From positions 600,001 through 632,000 of the forward strand of contig NZ_LNTB01000001.1 in the NCBI RefSeq assembly GCF_001462395.1: a stretch of 32,000 nt of DNA, read 5' to 3'. Positions 20,237 to 29,212 of the stretch are shown here, piece after piece. Below the pieces are notes generated by a model. That model was not told the DNA's origin, searched no databases, and saw only the letters and a program-made list of their open reading frames with translations. The position numbers and the translations under genes were made by a program. Source of the stretch: Pyrodictium occultum (GTDB lineage: Archaea; Thermoproteota; Thermoprotei_A; Sulfolobales; Pyrodictiaceae). The first letter of the stretch is position 1; each line of letters starts with the position of its first letter.

Positions 20237-21031
20237 GTGTTCTTCGTAGTCGTGGTGGGGCCTGCGGGCAGCGGTAAGTCCCATCTAGTTGACGCACTCG
20301 GGGACTGGCTGGAGTTCAACGAGCTTGATGTAGCCCGTGTAAACCTGGACCCGGCGGCGGAGTGGCTCCCCTACGAGCCCGACGTGGACGTGCGCGACTA
20401 CATAGAAGCTAGGAGCATCATGGAGAAGCACAGGCTCGGCCCCAATGGGGCCCTGGTGGCGTCGGTGGACATGCTGATGAACTACGTGGACAAGATAAGG
20501 TCGGAGGTAGAGGCGACCAAGGCTAACTACGTGCTCATAGACACGCCGGGCCAGATGGAGTTATTTGCCTTCCGCGACACCGGGCCCTACGTGGTACGCG
20601 AGATAATAGCCGGCGAACGCGCCGCCGCCCTGTTCATATTCGACGCCGTGTTTGCCTCCAACCCGCGCAGCCTAGCCTCCAGCCTCTTCCTGGCCCTCTC
20701 AACCAGGCTCCGCCTCGGCCTCCCACAAGTGAACGCGGTCTCTAAAGCCGACCTCCTGAAGCCGGAGCAGATGGAGGAGATCCAGGAGCAGGTTAACAGC
20801 CCCGAGAACCTCTACAACGCCCTCGTAGCTGGGGGCCTCGACCCCCTGATGGCTGAGGCGGCGGCGAGGAGCCTCGAAGCACTGGTGCCCGAGGGCTCCA
20901 CGGCTCCCGCGGCGCTGCGCTTCGTCTCAGCACTCTCGGGCTACGGGCTCGATGATGTCTACGCAGCGCTCCAGCAGGTGCTTGTGGGGGGAGAGGATTT
21001 CTACACGGAGGAGCCGAGCCCCCGGCTCTAG
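20237..21031 (+). CDS. GPN-loop GTPase (PAB0955 / Npa3 / XAB1 family)
   Basis: Has P-loop VVVVGPAGSGKS, the signature GPNGA (..RLGPNGALV..), and DTPGQMELF. The GTG at 20237 sits 9 nt after AGAGGTG. The track start at 20138 adds a 33-aa Arg/Pro-rich leader. Confidence 0.85.
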   Translation: MFFVVVVGPAGSGKSHLVDALGDWLEFNELDVARVNLDPAAEWLPYEPDVDVRDYIEARSIMEKHRLGPNGALVASVDMLMNYVDKIRSEVEATKANYVLIDTPGQMELFAFRDTGPYVVREIIAGERAAALFIFDAVFASNPRSLASSLFLALSTRLRLGLPQVNAVSKADLLKPEQMEEIQEQVNSPENLYNALVAGGLDPLMAEAAARSLEALVPEGSTAPAALRFVSALSGYGLDDVYAALQQVLVGGEDFYTEEPSPRL

Positions 21032-21106
21032 CCCCTCCCAGCGGCCCGCGGTCATGGGCCGGGTTTCTAGGCCACGCGTCTCGCCTGGAGGAGGCTGCGG
21101 TCCCCC

Positions 21107-22057
21107 TTAGGGCTCTCTCCCGCCGGGGGATTGCCCGGGGCTCCGCGGCCCTCGGGGGAGGCAGGTGAGCGCCCTCTCCACGGCCTCTAGGGCGTTGGGG
21201 CCGAAGACGTAGATCACGGGCTCGAGGCCCTGGCCGCCCAGGTCCGCCACAGCGTCCACGGGCCCGCCTGTCTTGGAGAGCACCTCCGCTATCTCCTCTA
21301 GAAGCCTCTCGGGGCTCCTATGGGGCCCGGTTTCGATCACGTGGAGCCCCTTCTCCCTTAGCCTCTCGATGCAGCTCCGCGAGTGGGCTATCACCGCCAC
21401 GGCGCGGATGCCGGGCCACCTCTTCTTGGCCAGGAGAAGCACCTGTGCAGTGTGCCTGCTCCCCCCGTAGGCGGGGTTACCCACCGCCACGACCTTGTCC
21501 CCGGCCCGGACTAGGGCCCCGGTGAGCCCGACGGTCTCCTGCAACGAGGAGGCGTGGGGGGCCGCTGCGACTATGTTGGAGCCTACGTTGGGTACTAGCT
21601 GCTCGGCGCCGGGGGCTGAGGAGAAGAGCCTCACCGCCTCCTCCACCTCCAGCACCAGGGGGTCGCTGCCGGGCTGGAAGAGGCTGGAGCATATGCTGCA
21701 GTCGCGGGGCACCATGGGGTCGAGGCGCTGGTGGAGCTGGCAGAGGGAGCCGCGGACGAGGAGCGTGTTTATGTAGCTCGTGAAGAGGGAGATATAGCCC
21801 CTATAGTCGCCCTGGAGGAGCCTCGAGGCCAGGACGGCTGCCACCGAGGACGCCTCGTCTCCGAGGGCGCCGGCCTCCTCGAGCTCGCGGAGCACCTCAC
21901 TCCTCTTCCGCCTCAGGTACCTGCTCACCATGGGCTGGGAGACTCCAAGGAGCCTGGCTATCCTCTCCTGGCCTAGCCCCTTCTCCCTGAGCACATGGGC
22001 TACAAGAGCCCTCATGGAGGGCACTATATAGCGTGCGGCGAGCTCGTGCGGGAGCAT
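21107..22057 (-). CDS. HTH domain fused to a ThiN-like (archaeal thiamine-phosphate synthase-like) domain; ThiR-like regulator
   Basis: Has an N-terminal HTH (..GQERIARLLGVSQPMVSRYLRRK..) and a C-terminal region of about 190 aa with PNVGSNIV and GGSRH blocks, as I remember for COG1992/ThiN. The assignment is from memory only. Confidence 0.5.
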   Translation of the reverse strand: MLPHELAARYIVPSMRALVAHVLREKGLGQERIARLLGVSQPMVSRYLRRKRSEVLRELEEAGALGDEASSVAAVLASRLLQGDYRGYISLFTSYINTLLVRGSLCQLHQRLDPMVPRDCSICSSLFQPGSDPLVLEVEEAVRLFSSAPGAEQLVPNVGSNIVAAAPHASSLQETVGLTGALVRAGDKVVAVGNPAYGGSRHTAQVLLLAKKRWPGIRAVAVIAHSRSCIERLREKGLHVIETGPHRSPERLLEEIAEVLSKTGGPVDAVADLGGQGLEPVIYVFGPNALEAVERALTCLPRGPRSPGQSPGGREP

Positions 22058-22088
22058 AGGCCCTCCTTCCCCGGGCGCATTGCCTGAA

Positions 22089-22104
22089 GGGCTCCGGGGA
22101 GCCC
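22089..22104. promoter_or_regulatory. Inverted repeat GGGCTCC-gg-GGAGCCC in the divergent spacer between the ThiR-like gene and the M20 gene; candidate operator
   Basis: Read directly: 7-bp perfect arms, located 32 nt upstream of the ThiR-like start (22057). GC-rich palindromes are common by chance in this genome. Confidence 0.2.
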
Positions 22105-22187
22105 TCCAGGGGAGAAGGAGAGCATACGACTCCTCTTAAGCAGGTGCGTGCCCCGGGTTTGGCGGAGAAGGGGGTGGCGCCCCCGCT

Positions 22188-23420
22188 ATGCCCCGCGTGC
22201 TCGGAGAGAGAGATGTAGATAAGCTCAAAAGCTACATAGTGGATCTATACAAGCGCTTCATACCGGTGAAGGCGCTCCCCCCGGACCTCGGGGGCAGAGG
22301 CGAGCTGGAGAGGGCCAGGGTGCTTCAAGAGGAGCTGGAGAAGCTGGGCCTCAGAGTAGAGAGGTTTGATGCGAGCGACCCGAGGGCTGAGGGAGGCGTG
22401 CGCCCAAACCTGCTCGCAGTCCTCCCCGGCCGCGACGAGAGCCGCACCCTCTGGGTAGTGGCCCACATGGACACGGTGCCGGAGGGTGACCCTAGTCTCT
22501 GGAGGAGCAACCCCTACAGCGTGGTGGTGGAGGGCGACAAGGTGTATGGCAGAGGCGTGGAGGATGACGGTCAGGGCATAGTGCTCGCGCTCGCGGCCGC
22601 CAAGCACCTGGTGGAGAAGGGCCTCGAGCCCCGGGTAAACCTGGGCATAGCCCTGGTGAGCGACGAGGAGGCGGGCAGCAGGTACGGGCTCATCTACCTC
22701 CTCGAGAAGGGGGCTTTCGGCCCGCCTGAGACCGACTGGTTCCTGGTCCCGGATGCCGGGAGCCCCGACGGCTCCAAGGTGATAGTGGCGGAGAAGCATA
22801 TAGCCTGGATAAGGGTCACGGTGAGGGGGAGGCAGGCCCACGCCAGCATGCCCCACACGGGGCTCAACGCCCACCGCCTAGGAATGATGTTCAGCCTGGA
22901 GCTGGACAGGCTGCTGCACGAGAGGTTCACCCGCTACGACGAGAGGTTCGAGCCACCCGTCTCCACCTTCGAGCCCACGAGGAAGGAGGAGAACGTAGGC
23001 AACATAAACACTATACCTGGCGTGGACACGGTGTACTGGGATATGAGGATACTCCCAAGCTACAGCCTGGAGGAGGTCCTCGACACGGTGAGGGCCGTGG
23101 CCTACAGCTTCTCCGCCAAGACCGGCGCCGGGGTGGAGGTTGAGCCCGTGGCACTCGACGAGGCGGGCGAGCCTACTAGGACGGACAGCGTGTTCGTGAA
23201 GGGCTTCCTCGAGGCTATAAGGGAGGCTAGGGGCGTGGAGCCGAAGCCCGTGGGCATAGGGGGCGGCACGGTGGCCCGCTACCTGCGCCGCCACGGCTAC
23301 CAGGCAATAGTCTGGATGACGTGCGACGAGACGGCCCACCAGCCTAACGAGTACACCCGCCTGAGCTACGTGCTGGCGGACGTGGATACACTCCTACACT
23401 ACCTGCTCAACAAGGCCTAG
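22188..23420 (+). CDS. M20 family metallohydrolase (ArgE/DapE/LysK-type deacylase)
   Basis: Has the metal ligand blocks VVAHMDTVP, GRGVEDDGQG and SDEEAGS. Length is 410 aa. Confidence 0.8.
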   Translation: MPRVLGERDVDKLKSYIVDLYKRFIPVKALPPDLGGRGELERARVLQEELEKLGLRVERFDASDPRAEGGVRPNLLAVLPGRDESRTLWVVAHMDTVPEGDPSLWRSNPYSVVVEGDKVYGRGVEDDGQGIVLALAAAKHLVEKGLEPRVNLGIALVSDEEAGSRYGLIYLLEKGAFGPPETDWFLVPDAGSPDGSKVIVAEKHIAWIRVTVRGRQAHASMPHTGLNAHRLGMMFSLELDRLLHERFTRYDERFEPPVSTFEPTRKEENVGNINTIPGVDTVYWDMRILPSYSLEEVLDTVRAVAYSFSAKTGAGVEVEPVALDEAGEPTRTDSVFVKGFLEAIREARGVEPKPVGIGGGTVARYLRRHGYQAIVWMTCDETAHQPNEYTRLSYVLADVDTLLHYLLNKA

Positions 23421-23488
23421 CCGCCGCGCCGCCATGTTTTAACAGCCAAGCCCCTCGGCCCCTGGGCCTCCCGGGGGCTCCAGCCCGG

Positions 23489-24010
23489 GTGCCTGGCATG
23501 GGGCTGCGGCTCACCACCACGCGGTACTTCAGCATACCCTACAGCGTGTTCGATGTCCTCCTCCAGATGAGGGGCGCCATAGACCCGGACTCGGGGCAGA
23601 TAGTCTGCCACTTCTACGACCTAGGTGTCGCGGTCCTCGAGTCACCCGGGGCTGCTGTGCCGGTTATAGTGGTCGAGGGCTGCCTCCTGGCCACCTTCGG
23701 GGATGAGAACGTTAAGGCGCTCCTGGACTCGGGCTCGGCTGTGGAGGTCCAGGAGCTCCGGGTGACCCAGGGCAGGGTGATGGTGGGCGACGTGGAGATA
23801 GACCACTTCTGGGGGCTGGCCGCCCTCGCCTACGCCGGGGAGACGGGGGCGGAGGTGAAGCTCTACAAGCTCCGCCTCGACGTGGACGGCTTCGAGGCAC
23901 CCGTCGCGGGGGTATACGTGAGCTCCACCGACGCCGGCCCGATGCTTATGCTGGTTCCCAGGAGCTGCGAGTACATAGAGGAGCAGGAGCAGCCCCCGAC
24001 CCACATGTAG
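23489..24010 (+). CDS. Hypothetical protein (173 aa)
   Basis: Codon usage is good. An alternative ATG lies at 23498. No family was recognised. The stop is 3 nt from the convergent dph5 stop. Confidence 0.5.
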   Translation: MPGMGLRLTTTRYFSIPYSVFDVLLQMRGAIDPDSGQIVCHFYDLGVAVLESPGAAVPVIVVEGCLLATFGDENVKALLDSGSAVEVQELRVTQGRVMVGDVEIDHFWGLAALAYAGETGAEVKLYKLRLDVDGFEAPVAGVYVSSTDAGPMLMLVPRSCEYIEEQEQPPTHM

Positions 24011-24013
24011 GGG

Positions 24014-24817
24014 CTATCCCCTGCCGCAGCTCCTGCAGCCGCAGAGCAGCCTCAGAGCCTCCTCCTCCACCGGGTGGAGCCTGGGCGCAGTCACCACAAG
24101 GCTATGGGGCGGGGGAGGGTAGCTGGCGGAGGCCACCTCCTCCGGCGTCCCCGCGACGCAGTGCTGCTCGCTCGTCCCCGCCCTCGCCACCCCAGCTAGG
24201 AGCGCGCTCCGTATCTGTGGCTCACGCCCCGTCTCCCGGGCGAGCTCCTTCTCCAGCTCCAGAAGGATGCTCACCGCCTCCGGCACGGCCATCGCGCGGC
24301 CCTCGTCGAGCCTTAGGTCGAGTAGCACCAGGGTGTGGAGCCCCCTCTCCTGGTTGGCCCAGATGGTCTCCACGGTGCTGTAGGGCTTGAACCCCTCCTC
24401 GGGGTAGACAAGGGTGACGGTCTTCCCGAACCTGTATACCTGCAGCCCCGTGGCGTCAACAGCGGCCTGGAGCCCCGAGACCCCCGGGACGGCGTGGGCC
24501 TCTACGCCCCTCCTCCTAGCCTCCAGGAGCAGGGCCACGTGGGTGGTGGCGTGCAGCGGGTCGCCGGGGACGAGGAGCACGACGCTCCTCTCCCTCGCCT
24601 CCTCCACGAGCCTCCACGCCTCGTCCTCCAGCATCCTCCTGGTGGCTTCCACGATCTCCGCGCGGGGGTTGAGCCTCCTCACAAGCTCCCGGTCGACGCC
24701 CGGCGCTATGCTTGTATACACGTCTATGTAGACCTTGTCGGCGGCCCCTATCAGCTGGAGCGCCCGTAGGGTGAGGTACTCCGAGGAGACGCCCGCACCC
24801 ACGATGTAGAGCGGCAA
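24014..24817 (-). CDS. dph5: Diphthine synthase
   Basis: Has LYIVGAGVS..YLTLRAL..I..ADKVYIDVYTS and LVPGDPLHATTH (tetrapyrrole-methylase fold, Dph5 pattern). The TTG at 24817 gives the usual N-terminus and removes the overlap with the upstream gene. The track start is 24877. Confidence 0.85.
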   Translation of the reverse strand: MPLYIVGAGVSSEYLTLRALQLIGAADKVYIDVYTSIAPGVDRELVRRLNPRAEIVEATRRMLEDEAWRLVEEARERSVVLLVPGDPLHATTHVALLLEARRRGVEAHAVPGVSGLQAAVDATGLQVYRFGKTVTLVYPEEGFKPYSTVETIWANQERGLHTLVLLDLRLDEGRAMAVPEAVSILLELEKELARETGREPQIRSALLAGVARAGTSEQHCVAGTPEEVASASYPPPPHSLVVTAPRLHPVEEEALRLLCGCRSCGRG

Positions 24818-24839
24818 GGCCCCGCAGCCCCCTGGGAGG

Positions 24840-26003
24840 CTACCGCTGTAGCCCGTAGTAGCGGCGCGCCCTCTCACTCAGCCCGCCGACCACTATGTGA
24901 TCAAACACTGTCCCCCTGCTCTCCCGGAGCCGGAGCGTCTCCACGATCCACTCGTACCTGCCGCCGGCAAGCCCGTTGGCTATCAACGCGGCGCCCAGGG
25001 CGGCCTCCTTAGCTGTGCCCCTGTAGCCCAGCCCGGTGGCCTCCGCCCCGAGCCTGGAAAGCAGAGGGGCGAGCTTCTCCCCCAGGGCGCGGCGGAAGGC
25101 CTCCACCCTCCACCAGCGCCCCGTAACATAGACCCTGCGGGGCCTGACGGACGCGAGGAGGGCGAGCACGTCCTTAGCGGCGGCCTCCGCCAGCGCCTCG
25201 ATCACGAGCCGGGCCCTCTCATCCCCCCTGGCGGCCCTCTCAGCCACCTCCTCGGGCGGGGGAGGGGGCCACCCGCCGCCCAGCAGCGCAGCGGCGCCGC
25301 CCTCGAAGAGCCTCTCCTTGCTAAACCCGGGCTCGATGAAAGCCGCCAGGTAGGCTACCTCCGAGTCCCAGGCCCCGGCCCCCATATAGCCTGTAAACCC
25401 GGCCGTGCCGCCTATACCGTCCACGATCCTCCCCGACTCCAGGGCCAGGGCCGCGGTGTAGGCGTAGCCCACCTCCAGCACTATTATGTCCGCCTCCTCG
25501 ACCGGGGTGCCCCGGTCCTCGACCTCCTCCCTGAGCGCGGCCGCGGCCGAGTATACCTTGTCGCTGGTCCCCATGTCTATCTTGTTTAGCTTCCTCCACT
25601 CGGGCACCGTGGGGAGCTGCACCACGCCCGGGGTGAACCAGACGGGTAGATCGCTCTCAGCCAGCAACTCCATGGCCCTCCGGAGCCCGAGTATCCGGAG
25701 CCCCCTCTCCTCGTCCCCGCGGTGGATGAAAGTGGCGGCCCTTATCTCCTCCCTGCCCGTCTCCTGGGCCCTCTTCAGCGGCACCCCGTAGCCGCTGGAC
25801 ACGGCTATCGAGGAGACATTATTCTCCCGGACAAGCATACTAAGCCTCTCAACTATTATGCCAGGGTTCTTGACAACAAGCATCCTCGGTATAGCCTCCT
25901 CGTACACCACCCTAAAGCCTCCATCGCTCTCCTCTATCGCCACAATGTCCACGCTGTATGTGCCCGAGTCCACTCCAGCGCTTCTCAGCCCCAACACTCC
26001 CAC
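24840..26003 (-). CDS. ASKHA-fold (actin/sugar-kinase/Hsp70-like) protein, DUF1464-like, function unknown
   Basis: Has an N-terminal phosphate-1-like motif AGVDSGTYSVDIV, then later DMGTSDK and GIGGTAGFTG blocks. The start is GTG. The family name is from memory, not a search. Confidence 0.55.
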   Translation of the reverse strand: MGVLGLRSAGVDSGTYSVDIVAIEESDGGFRVVYEEAIPRMLVVKNPGIIVERLSMLVRENNVSSIAVSSGYGVPLKRAQETGREEIRAATFIHRGDEERGLRILGLRRAMELLAESDLPVWFTPGVVQLPTVPEWRKLNKIDMGTSDKVYSAAAALREEVEDRGTPVEEADIIVLEVGYAYTAALALESGRIVDGIGGTAGFTGYMGAGAWDSEVAYLAAFIEPGFSKERLFEGGAAALLGGGWPPPPPEEVAERAARGDERARLVIEALAEAAAKDVLALLASVRPRRVYVTGRWWRVEAFRRALGEKLAPLLSRLGAEATGLGYRGTAKEAALGAALIANGLAGGRYEWIVETLRLRESRGTVFDHIVVGGLSERARRYYGLQR

Positions 26004-26147
26004 CTCTAGGCCGGAAGCTAGGCCGCCAGGACGGGGCCACGGAGGCCCCTGGGGGCGGGGCCCTTAGGGGCTCTAATCCCGCCGGACACAGGTAGCGGCG
26101 TGGCCTGTCTTAACACGCTATGCCGCTGCAAGCCCCGGGGCATGGGG

Positions 26148-27110
26148 CTAGAGCACTCTGGCTCCCTGGTTGTCGGGGCCGGCTATGTAGACGCTGCCGC
26201 CGCCGTGGCTGGAGAGCCACTTCTCCAGCTCGGCCGCGATTCTCAGGGCTTCGCTGAGGCTCGGGGCTATCGTGTAGAATGTCGGCCCCCAGCTGCTCTG
26301 CGCAGCCCCCGCAGCGCCGAGACGGTGGAGGAGCCTTATCCCCTCCTCGACCAGGGGGCAGCAGTAGCGCCCCTTCTGCCTGGCGGCCCAATACTCGCCG
26401 AGGAGCGAGTTGAACTCCTCCAGTGCTTCCAGCAGCTCCCTCAGCCTGGCCTCGGCCGCGGCGGGCATAAGCTTCATCAGCACTATCCGGGAAGCCTTCA
26501 TAGCCATCTCCTCCGACATGATGGGCATAGCGTCTAGTATCTCGTCCTCCCTCTCCTTGACTTCCAGTATGGCGGGCAGCGGCTCCCGGGGCACAGCCAC
26601 TACGAACCGCCAGCCGGCGGGCAGCTCGTACCTGGCTATGAGCGGGGGTATGCTCCGGCCCCTCTCCTCCAGCCGGAAGCCGCCATCAACCACCATGCCG
26701 CCGCGGGTGAAGCTGTAGAACCCGAGCGCTGAGACCGTGGAGCGGCCCAGCGCCAGCGCCGCGTCCTCCAGGCTGAAGCCGCCGCCGTAGAGGAGCTGGT
26801 AGGCCCTGGCCAGGGCTAGTGCGAGGGCGGTGGTGCTCCCCATGCCCACGTGCCTGGGTATGGACTCGTGTATCCTCACGCACAGCCCAGGGAGCCCCAG
26901 CCGGCCCCCCAGCCTCTCAGCCAGCTCCTCAGCCCTCTCGGCGTCGGGGCCCTCGGCCCGGGTACCGCTGCAGCGCCACGCCTCCAGCACGAGCCTCGGC
27001 CGCGAGATGGTGAAGCCAACTGTGCCGTAGAGCCTGCCGAGCCCGCCATGGAGGTCCATGTTGCCGGCGTGGAGGTGGGCGGGGGCCGAGACCAGGACCC
27101 TCTCTGGCAC
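26148..27110 (-). CDS. Beta-ribofuranosylaminobenzene 5'-phosphate (beta-RFAP) synthase-like GHMP-family enzyme (methanopterin pathway)
   Basis: The N-terminus SAPAHLHAGNMDLHGGLGRLYGTVGFTI resembles the MJ1427-type PSRIH.G..DL.G..GR..G..G pattern. It has the GHMP motif PRHVGMGSTTALALA. The start is GTG. Confidence 0.65.
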   Translation of the reverse strand: MPERVLVSAPAHLHAGNMDLHGGLGRLYGTVGFTISRPRLVLEAWRCSGTRAEGPDAERAEELAERLGGRLGLPGLCVRIHESIPRHVGMGSTTALALALARAYQLLYGGGFSLEDAALALGRSTVSALGFYSFTRGGMVVDGGFRLEERGRSIPPLIARYELPAGWRFVVAVPREPLPAILEVKEREDEILDAMPIMSEEMAMKASRIVLMKLMPAAAEARLRELLEALEEFNSLLGEYWAARQKGRYCCPLVEEGIRLLHRLGAAGAAQSSWGPTFYTIAPSLSEALRIAAELEKWLSSHGGGSVYIAGPDNQGARVL

Positions 27111-27203
27111 AGCTCCTAGCCCTCCAGGGAAGGCCCCCCGGGGGCCTAGCTCTTATCTACCCGGGTCCGCGGCCCCCGGCTGCCCGACACGGGGCGCCTA
27201 GAC

Positions 27204-27905
27204 GTGTACAAGCCAGATGTAGTCTCCAGGCTTGAGAGCGAAGCCCCCGTCCTACAGGTGGCCCTCGACTACACCGACCTGGGCGACGCCCTCGGGCTCG
27301 CAGCGAGGCTGCGGGGGAGCCTGGAAGGCCTCTGGCTCGCCGAGGCCGGGACCCCCCTGATAAAGAGCGAGGGCTTGAGGAGCATCACACTCCTCTCCAG
27401 AGTGGTCTCCCCTAACCCCGTCGTGGCGGACATGAAGACCGCTGACACCGGCGCCCTCGAGGCCGGGCTAGCCGCCCGCGCCGGCGCATCAGTGACAACC
27501 GTGCTGGCCTGCAGCCTCGACGAGACCATAGCTGAGGCCGCCCGGGAGGCGCACCGTTACGGGGCAGCCCTGGCGGCCGACCTGATAGCGGTGCGGAACC
27601 CTGTTGAGAGGGCGGAGCAGCTGGCCAGCCTCGGCGTGGACATAGTAGAGGTTCATGTCGGTATAGACGCGCAGAGGGCGCTCGGCATGACCGCTGCCGA
27701 CCTGAGGGAGGCGGTGAGGAGGATAGCCGAAAGGTTCCCCGGCCTGGTGGCAGTGGCCGGGGGGCTCAACGAGAAGACAGCGCCGGCCATGGTCGAGGCC
27801 GGGGCCTCGATAATAGTGGTGGGGGGCGCTATAACCAGGAGCAGCGACCCGGCGGCCTCCGCCAGGAGGATAATAGAGGCTGTTAGGAGGGCCTCGAGGG
27901 GCTAG
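27204..27905 (+). CDS. 3-hexulose-6-phosphate synthase family protein (OMP-decarboxylase fold), stand-alone
   Basis: Has LQVALD, EAGTPLI, VADMKTADTG, DIVEVHVGIDAQ, AVAGGL and VVGGAIT blocks, colinear with HPS/KGPDC enzymes. Confidence 0.75.
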   Translation: MYKPDVVSRLESEAPVLQVALDYTDLGDALGLAARLRGSLEGLWLAEAGTPLIKSEGLRSITLLSRVVSPNPVVADMKTADTGALEAGLAARAGASVTTVLACSLDETIAEAAREAHRYGAALAADLIAVRNPVERAEQLASLGVDIVEVHVGIDAQRALGMTAADLREAVRRIAERFPGLVAVAGGLNEKTAPAMVEAGASIIVVGGAITRSSDPAASARRIIEAVRRASRG

Positions 27906-29212
27906 CCGGGGCTCCCCCCGCTGCCCCTCTCCTCAGGCTCCCGGTACACCATCACCGGCACCCTCTCGCCCCGGCTGTACTGCCTGTTCTCCACCACTGC
28001 TATCCCGTCGGCCTCCACGTTGCTTACTATGACCGAGCTCTGCTGCCTCTCCAGCGGCAGGGGCTCCGCGTAGAGCATCCCGTTCTCCCTGTAGAGCCTC
28101 ACCTTCACCTGCTGGGGCCTCTTCGCCCGTATGTCGCCGACGAGCTCCGCCACGGCCTGGAGCGGCGGCTCGGCGGCCCTCCTAACGCTCCCCATGTGCT
28201 TGAGCACGTGGTAGACGAGCCTTATGAAGCCGTGGAGCGCTGATACGGGGTGGCCCGAGAGCGCTATCACCAAGGGCCCGTCGGGGAGCAGCATCGCCGA
28301 GGTGGGGCGGCCGCCCTTGACGAAGAGGCCTCGGAACAGCACCTCCCCGCCCAGCTTCTCCGCCAGCTGGTAGAAGGGATCCACGTCGCTGGGCCCGGTG
28401 CCGCCGGTCAGTATGACGAGGTCGAGGCCCCTCATCTGCCGGGTCAGGTACCAGGCTATCGTGTCCACGTTGTCGGGGAGGAGGACCCTCTCCGCCACCA
28501 GCGCCCAGGGCGTATACTTCTCTATGGCCCACTCTACAAGCTTCGCGGTCGTCTCCGCAACCTCTCCGCGGAGGATCCTCTCCTCCGCCTCCGCGGGGTC
28601 GCTGGGCTCGAAGAGCTCGGTCCCAGTGGCTATGATACCCACAGTCACCGGCCGGTACACCTTGACCCTGGTTACTGCGACGTCGAGGAGCCCGGCCACG
28701 TCGAGCATTGTTAGCACGTAGCCGCGGGGGAGGAGGAGCTGGCCCCTCCTCGCATAGGCGCCGACCGGGTCGTAGTTCTTGCCCGGGGGGAACTGCTTGT
28801 CTACAACAATGTAGTCGCCCTCCCTCTTCACGGCCTCCTCGGGTATCACGGTGTCCGCGCCCTCGGGCAGGTAGGCTCCTGTGGAGACGTAGACCGCGGT
28901 GCCCGGCTCCACCCTGTACTTGACGTCTATCTTGCCTATGGTGGCCTCCCCTATCACGCGGAGCCTGCCCGGCGTGTCGGAGGAGCGTATCGCGTAGCCA
29001 TCATAGGCCGCGCGAGGCCGCGGGGGGAAGTCATGGGGCGCCCTAACGTCCTCGGCGAGGACCCGGCCAACCGCCTCCCAGACGGGTAGCTCGCAGGTCT
29101 CGCTAACCGGCTTGACCCGGGAGGCCACTATCCTCACGGCCTCGGGGGCCGGGGTGAGCTTCTCCAGGTAGCGGGGCACACGCTTCGAGGACAAGGCTCT
29201 CAGTCCCTGCAT
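27902..29212 (-). CDS. moeA: Molybdopterin molybdenumtransferase
   Basis: Has AYDGYA, a GIIATGTEL block, LTGGTGPS (MoCF-binding domain) and a C-terminal beta domain. The ATG at 29212 has a TTAAT-like element about 29 nt upstream, which suggests a leaderless mRNA. The track start at 29233 is TTG. Confidence 0.8.
   Translation of the reverse strand: MQGLRALSSKRVPRYLEKLTPAPEAVRIVASRVKPVSETCELPVWEAVGRVLAEDVRAPHDFPPRPRAAYDGYAIRSSDTPGRLRVIGEATIGKIDVKYRVEPGTAVYVSTGAYLPEGADTVIPEEAVKREGDYIVVDKQFPPGKNYDPVGAYARRGQLLLPRGYVLTMLDVAGLLDVAVTRVKVYRPVTVGIIATGTELFEPSDPAEAEERILRGEVAETTAKLVEWAIEKYTPWALVAERVLLPDNVDTIAWYLTRQMRGLDLVILTGGTGPSDVDPFYQLAEKLGGEVLFRGLFVKGGRPTSAMLLPDGPLVIALSGHPVSALHGFIRLVYHVLKHMGSVRRAAEPPLQAVAELVGDIRAKRPQQVKVRLYRENGMLYAEPLPLERQQSSVIVSNVEADGIAVVENRQYSRGERVPVMVYREPEERGSGGSPG

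Noticed and set aside
27204-27905. A second pyrF paralogue (OMP-decarboxylase fold).
   Set aside because: The LQVALD, EAGTPLI, ADMKTADTG and GGAIT blocks fit hexulose-phosphate synthase / KGPDC. They do not fit the D.K..DI pattern of OMP decarboxylase that is present in the true pyrF at 9232-9906.
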